From: Sminthopsis crassicaudata
Taxonomy: Eukaryota
Assembly (NCBI RefSeq): GCF_048593235.1
Contig: NC_133622.1
Location: 256,808,055 to 256,872,054 of the forward strand
DNA length: 64,000 bases
Reading direction: 5' to 3'
Part shown: in pieces, positions 56,691 through 64,000 of the stretch
Position numbering within the stretch: position 1 is the first letter of the stretch
How the letters are laid out: each line of letters begins with the position of its first letter
Notes under the pieces: model-generated
What the model was told of the DNA's origin: nothing
The model's database searches: none
The model's input: only the letters and a program-made list of their open reading frames with translations
Program-made: the position numbers and the translations under genes

Positions 56691-57694
56691 CCAGAACATG
56701 GTCTAGTCCTCCATAAGGCGTCTTGGCAGATTCTCCCGTGTTAGGGCCTCCTCCGGAGCTTGGTGCGGCAGAGAGAAGGGGAGAAGGCAGCGGCAGAGAG
56801 AAAGGGAGAAGGCAAGCGGCTCTCCCTGTCCAGCCCCCGGCCCCTCCCGTGCTCACCCTCTGCCGCTGGCTCTCTTTCTTCAACTTGATCCAGCAAACCC
56901 TGCGCCTGCGGGGGGGAGCATCCTGTGCTTGCCCTTGGGGGGGTGTGAAGATGAAGATGGTGCCATCCTGTCCCTGGAAGGAAGGAGTCTAATGGGGGGG
57001 GGCATAGCTGTGGCAGTGGGGGAGGGGTGTTGTGAACAATCCTGATCAAGACCGGGCCGGGCAAAGCAGGGAGCAGGGAGTGCCCTTGGAGGGCCAGCTC
57101 CCTGAATGACTCCCCGCCCTTTGTCCTCCAACCCTCACAAAAGAATCAACCCAAATTGAGAGGGAGCGGTCACTACGCCAGGGTCAGGAGCTAAAAGACC
57201 AGGCCAGGGCAACTCTGCCTCAGTTTCCTTTTTTGTAAAATGAAAGAATTCAGGGTTTTGATAGCTACTTGCCCAGGTGGTTGTGACAATGGCCTTCTCT
57301 GCCTAAAAGCCAGGCAGAAATATTATTGGCATGATGCCTGAAGGATAGGTGGGATTTGGAGAGGGGGAGAGGGCAGCGGAAGACCCCCAGAGCCTGGCCA
57401 AGGCCCATCCCTGGCTGGAGAGAGCCAGGCTCCCCTCCCCAGGAGCACGCTAGGGACTTCTGGACGCCCCCAGAAAGCTCCTGAGCTCATGGAAAGCTTG
57501 CCAGCAGGAGAGGAAGCTGTTGCCCTTCTGGGCAGGCCAGGTCCCCTCGATGAAAAGGCCTCTCCCTCTCACCGGAGGCCCGCAGGAAATGGCTCGTAGT
57601 GTCGGGATGGTGGTGACCATCTTGGAGACACGGCAGCCCCAGGACCTCACTGGCCCCTCCGTTCTACCACTCCCACCCCCACCCCCATCCACAC

Positions 57695-57824
57695 CCCTCA
57701 CACTCACGTACTCCCCCCAGTCATGTACACGGACACACACATATACACTATATCACACACACACACACCTACACTCACGTACTCCCCCCCCAGTCATGTA
57801 CATGAAACACACATATACACCATA

Positions 57825-57863
<39 letters not shown>

Positions 57864-57991
57864 ACACTCACGTACTCCCCCCAGTCATGTACACGGTCAC
57901 ACACACATATACACCATATCTCACACACACACCCCTTACACTCACGTACTCCCCCCCAGTCATGTACACGGACACACACATATACACCATA

Positions 57992-58025
<34 letters not shown>

Positions 58026-58115
58026 CTTACACTTACGTACTCCCCCCCCCCAGTCATGTACACGGACACACACACATACACCATATTTCTCAAACACACC
58101 CACACACCTCTCACC
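57695..58115. repeat. CA/TC-rich compound tandem repeat
   Basis: cactcacgtactccccccagtcatgtacacggacacacacatatacacc repeated about 5 times. Confidence 0.9.
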
Positions 58116-60194
58116 TCCTACACACACTGAAGCCAGCCAAGCAGTTGGCCGAAGCCCCCTGGGGCCTCCATCTGCCTCCCTCCACCCTCCCTCCATCGGC
58201 TCTTCCACAAACTATTGCAGATTGCTCTGGCTCCACCTGGAGCTCCAGGCCCAACCCCCCTAGCTCCTCCAGCCTCCATCCGGCTGCATTCTCCCCCCCA
58301 GTGCCCCAGTATCCACAATCCTTTGCAGACCTTCGCCCCATTTCAACGCTGGGCGCTTTTTGTTCTTGGTATTATTACATGGATGGGAATCGTCCCCTCG
58401 CTGCTGCCACCAGGGAAAATGCGGGGGGTCTGTCCCAGCTTGCTTCCAACACGGGCATGTCCCTGCGGCCGGGCCTCGGTTTCCCCTTCCGCAAAGCTGG
58501 GCCGGGGATGGAAGGAAAGCCGGGTCTGCCCCCGCACTTTCTTGCCCCGAGGCAGGGCCCCTTCTCTGGGCGTCTGGATAACGAGCTCCCAAAGCCGGCT
58601 TCCCCGGGGATTTCCGGCGCCTCCGTTGGGAAGCTCGCTCTCCTTAGGGAGAGGGGAGGGGACCGGGACCTGCTTCCACAGCCGGGTCCTAGGCCCAGCC
58701 CGGCGGGCCCCGATCGCCCTTTGGTCGAGTTCCCCGCCTTCCAAAGTCCCCGTCCCGGGCCCCCACGCCCGGGTTCAGGGTCCGGCTCGGCGGTAACCTA
58801 GAAGCCGGATATCGGGTGTGAGGGCCCGGCGAGCCCCCGGGCGGGGGGAGGGGATTGGCGCGGCGTGAAAGAGCCGAATCCTTGGCCCCGACCCCCCTTC
58901 GCTCCGTGATCCCCCCCCCGCCGCCCCCACAGAAACGAAAGAGAAAGTGGCGCCCCGCCCCCTCCCCGGGGCCGTCCCGCCCCCAGGCTCTGTGGCAAAT
59001 GGACGCCGCCAGAGCTGCCCCTCCCCCGGGCCGCCGGCCTTTATCTCTGCTCTAGCTGGGCTGCAGCCGGAGCTGCCGCCGGAGCCTGGCTGGGAGGGCA
59101 GGTAGGAGGGCTGGCGGGCAGGTAGGAGGGCTGGGGGAAGCCGGCGCGAGGGCCCCCCCGCGGGGCCCTGGGGGCTGAGCGAGGAGACAGCCGGGCGGGG
59201 AGGGGAGGGAGGGGACAGCTTTGTTCCCCGAAAGGCAGGGAAAGGGCAGCGGCGGAGAGGTGCCGGGCGGGAGGGAGGGGGCCGCCTCGGACCCTTCCCT
59301 GCGCGAGGGAGGGGCCGCCGGCCTCCCTGTCCACCCCGCACTGACGCCTGCCCCGAGATCGATGGAGGAATAGCGCGCGCCGGCTCCGGAGCCCGGCCCT
59401 CCTCCCGCCGTCGGGCGCCGGGGACCAGGGGGCGGGCAGGGATGGGCGCCTCCCCACGGCCGCATCTGCGGGGAGCCCTGCTGTCTCCGCCCCGGGGAAT
59501 CCGAGGGCGCGATCATCTCGTCCCGTTCCCCCTTCTTGAAAGGGGAAACTGAGGCCGGAGAGGAAAGGCTATCCCCAAGGTGACACGGGTCTGGAGGAGC
59601 GCCAGGTCTCGCAGCGTTCTGTCCGCCTCCCCGCAGATTGGGAGACTCTCGAAGGCTCTGGGACATTTCCCAGAAGGTGCTGCGTGCAGAGGGGAGCGAG
59701 GAGTGTGGGACGCTCTGGCCAGCCCTGGATGCGTTTGTGTGTCTGGAAATAAGGCTGAGGGGCACCGGAGCGGGGGAGGGGGGTATCTGAAAGGGAGGCG
59801 TAGCGAGAGACCCTGGCCCCTCCCCACTTCCACCCCGACTCCGCCCCTGCCCTCCCTCCCCCCCGCCCCTCCTGGGAGTTTGACCTGTCCCCCTCCTCAC
59901 CCCCGCTGCCACTCCCCCCCCCTCCTGGGAGCTTGCCCTGCCCCCTCCTCACCACCGCTCCTACTACTCCCCTGTACCTCCCAAGGGAGCCTACCTAGCC
60001 TCTGACCCCCACCGTCCTCCCCCTGCCTCCATACCCCCTTCCCCTCTTCCCTATAGATTAGGCGGCCTCTAGGACAGCTTCTTTGTCCTCTGAAACCCAC
60101 TGCTGGGAGTAGAGCCTAATACAGCCTCCTGGAGGCCAGGCTTAGCATCCCACCTGGGGAGGGACTGAGAGGACCCGGGACTCATTCCATCCAA

Positions 60195-60325
60195 TCTCCT
60201 CGTTTTACAGGGGAGGAATTGGAGGCCTACGGGGGAGTGACTTGTCCAAGGTCACACAGCTGGTAAGTAGCTTACATTTGAAACCAGGTACTTTTCGCTC
60301 CAAACCCAGAGTTCTCTTCCCCACC
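60195..60325 (-). mobile_element. MIR/MAR1-like CORE-SINE fragment
   Basis: ttttacaggggagg...gtgacttgtccaaggtcacacagctggtaagt...atttgaaaccagg. Confidence 0.7.
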
Positions 60326-60806
60326 TGCCATCTTGGTCCGAAAACGCCCTCTGTGGCAGGGAGGGAAGGCCGGGCTCCTGCTTCCCAGGGCCGCTTCTCG
60401 GGGAACCAGGCAAGGCTCAGACAAGGGGGGCAGCCCAGGGAGAGAAGAGGCTCTTCCTCTTAGGCTGATGCTGGCCCTTTAAGGCGAGATACTGAGATGC
60501 TGCAGCGGGAGGGCTCGGGTCTGAGATGCGGGCCTGGCCCTTTAAGAGCAGCTGGGAGCCCTATGGGTGTGGAAGTAGAGGGGCTGATTGGGTGAGGATC
60601 CTGGGGGCCCCTCCTCCAAGGGCCGAAGCCTCCCTAGACATCTCGGGAGCCCAGGGCCGGCATGTGTGAGGTCCCCTCCGGGAGGCGGCCGGCGAGTGCA
60701 GCTCATCTCCTCCTGCCCTTCTCCCAGCACAGGATTCAAGGTGGCAGCTGCTGCCCGCAGGTTTGCGCCGTCTGCCTCCTTCCATCTGTGCTCCAGGCTG
60801 CGTTAA

Positions 60807-63435
<2,629 letters not shown>

Positions 63436-64000
63436 TGAGTGGGGGCTGGGCTGGCAAGCCCCCTGGCGAGTCTGTGGGGCCCCCCGGGACCTGCTGGAGC
63501 TACGGGCACAAAGCCAGGCTCCCCTGCCTAGAGATGCTGCTCCCTGCCCCCATACCCTGGCCTGGCTGGGGGGCCGGGACAGAAGGAGCTTGCAGCTGGC
63601 CTGGGCCACATTTGTGTTCTAGGAGGGGGAGGGAGGTGGGGCTGAGTCACAAAGGGCAAGCTCCCCCCCCCAAGGCACAGCACAGTGAAGGGGCTCCACC
63701 CGCCTGAGCTTCCTTCCTGGGTGCCCACTCACCCTCTGGAGGAACAGCCCTGGAACTGGGTCAGAGGGCCTGGATTCTTCTCCTGCCTGTCTTCCCATGT
63801 CCAGCGCAAATCCCAGGACACCGGCGTCCTCACCTGTAAAATGGGTCACTTTGCCCACATGCACTAATGCCCTTGTGGGGAGGGGGACTCCTGGGGACAG
63901 TGCCCATCCCGGCCTGCCCTCTTCTCAGCAAGAGCGTGGGAGGGAACGCGCTCCCTGCTTCCCTGCGGCCTTCCTGGCCACCATCGGTCGGCCCTTGTTC

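Overview
Very GC-rich mammalian genomic DNA, most likely marsupial (the L1 resembles dasyurid L1, an inference from recall). Gene order matches human 11p15.5 in reverse orientation: [TSPAN4 5' end, inferred from synteny] - POLR2L x2 (+) - CD151 (-) - CRACR2B (-) - PNPLA2 (-) - RPLP2 with intronic SNORA52 (-) - PIDD1 (+) - SLC25A22 (+, runs off the window). I traced exons by hand using GT-AG boundaries and phase. Main anomalies: (1) a ~2.2-2.3 kb tandem duplication gives two intact POLR2L genes with identical protein but a strongly diverged 5' leader. It has a 15-bp microhomology at all three breakpoints, and it places a copied TSPAN4-like first exon directly upstream of copied CD151 poly(A) signals. 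(2) PIDD1 as assembled has no in-frame AUG at its N-terminus. The nearest upstream AUG is out of frame and forms the CATG core of a p53 half-site, and there is a second 1-nt frameshift in exon 4. Both sit at homopolymer runs, so assembly error is the leading alternative. (3) A young L1 with an open ORF2 lies in PIDD1 intron 1. (4) ATGL carries a poly-Glu insertion. (5) Minisatellite density is very high. Most ORFs in the supplied track are GC-rich or repeat artefacts. There are several N gaps.
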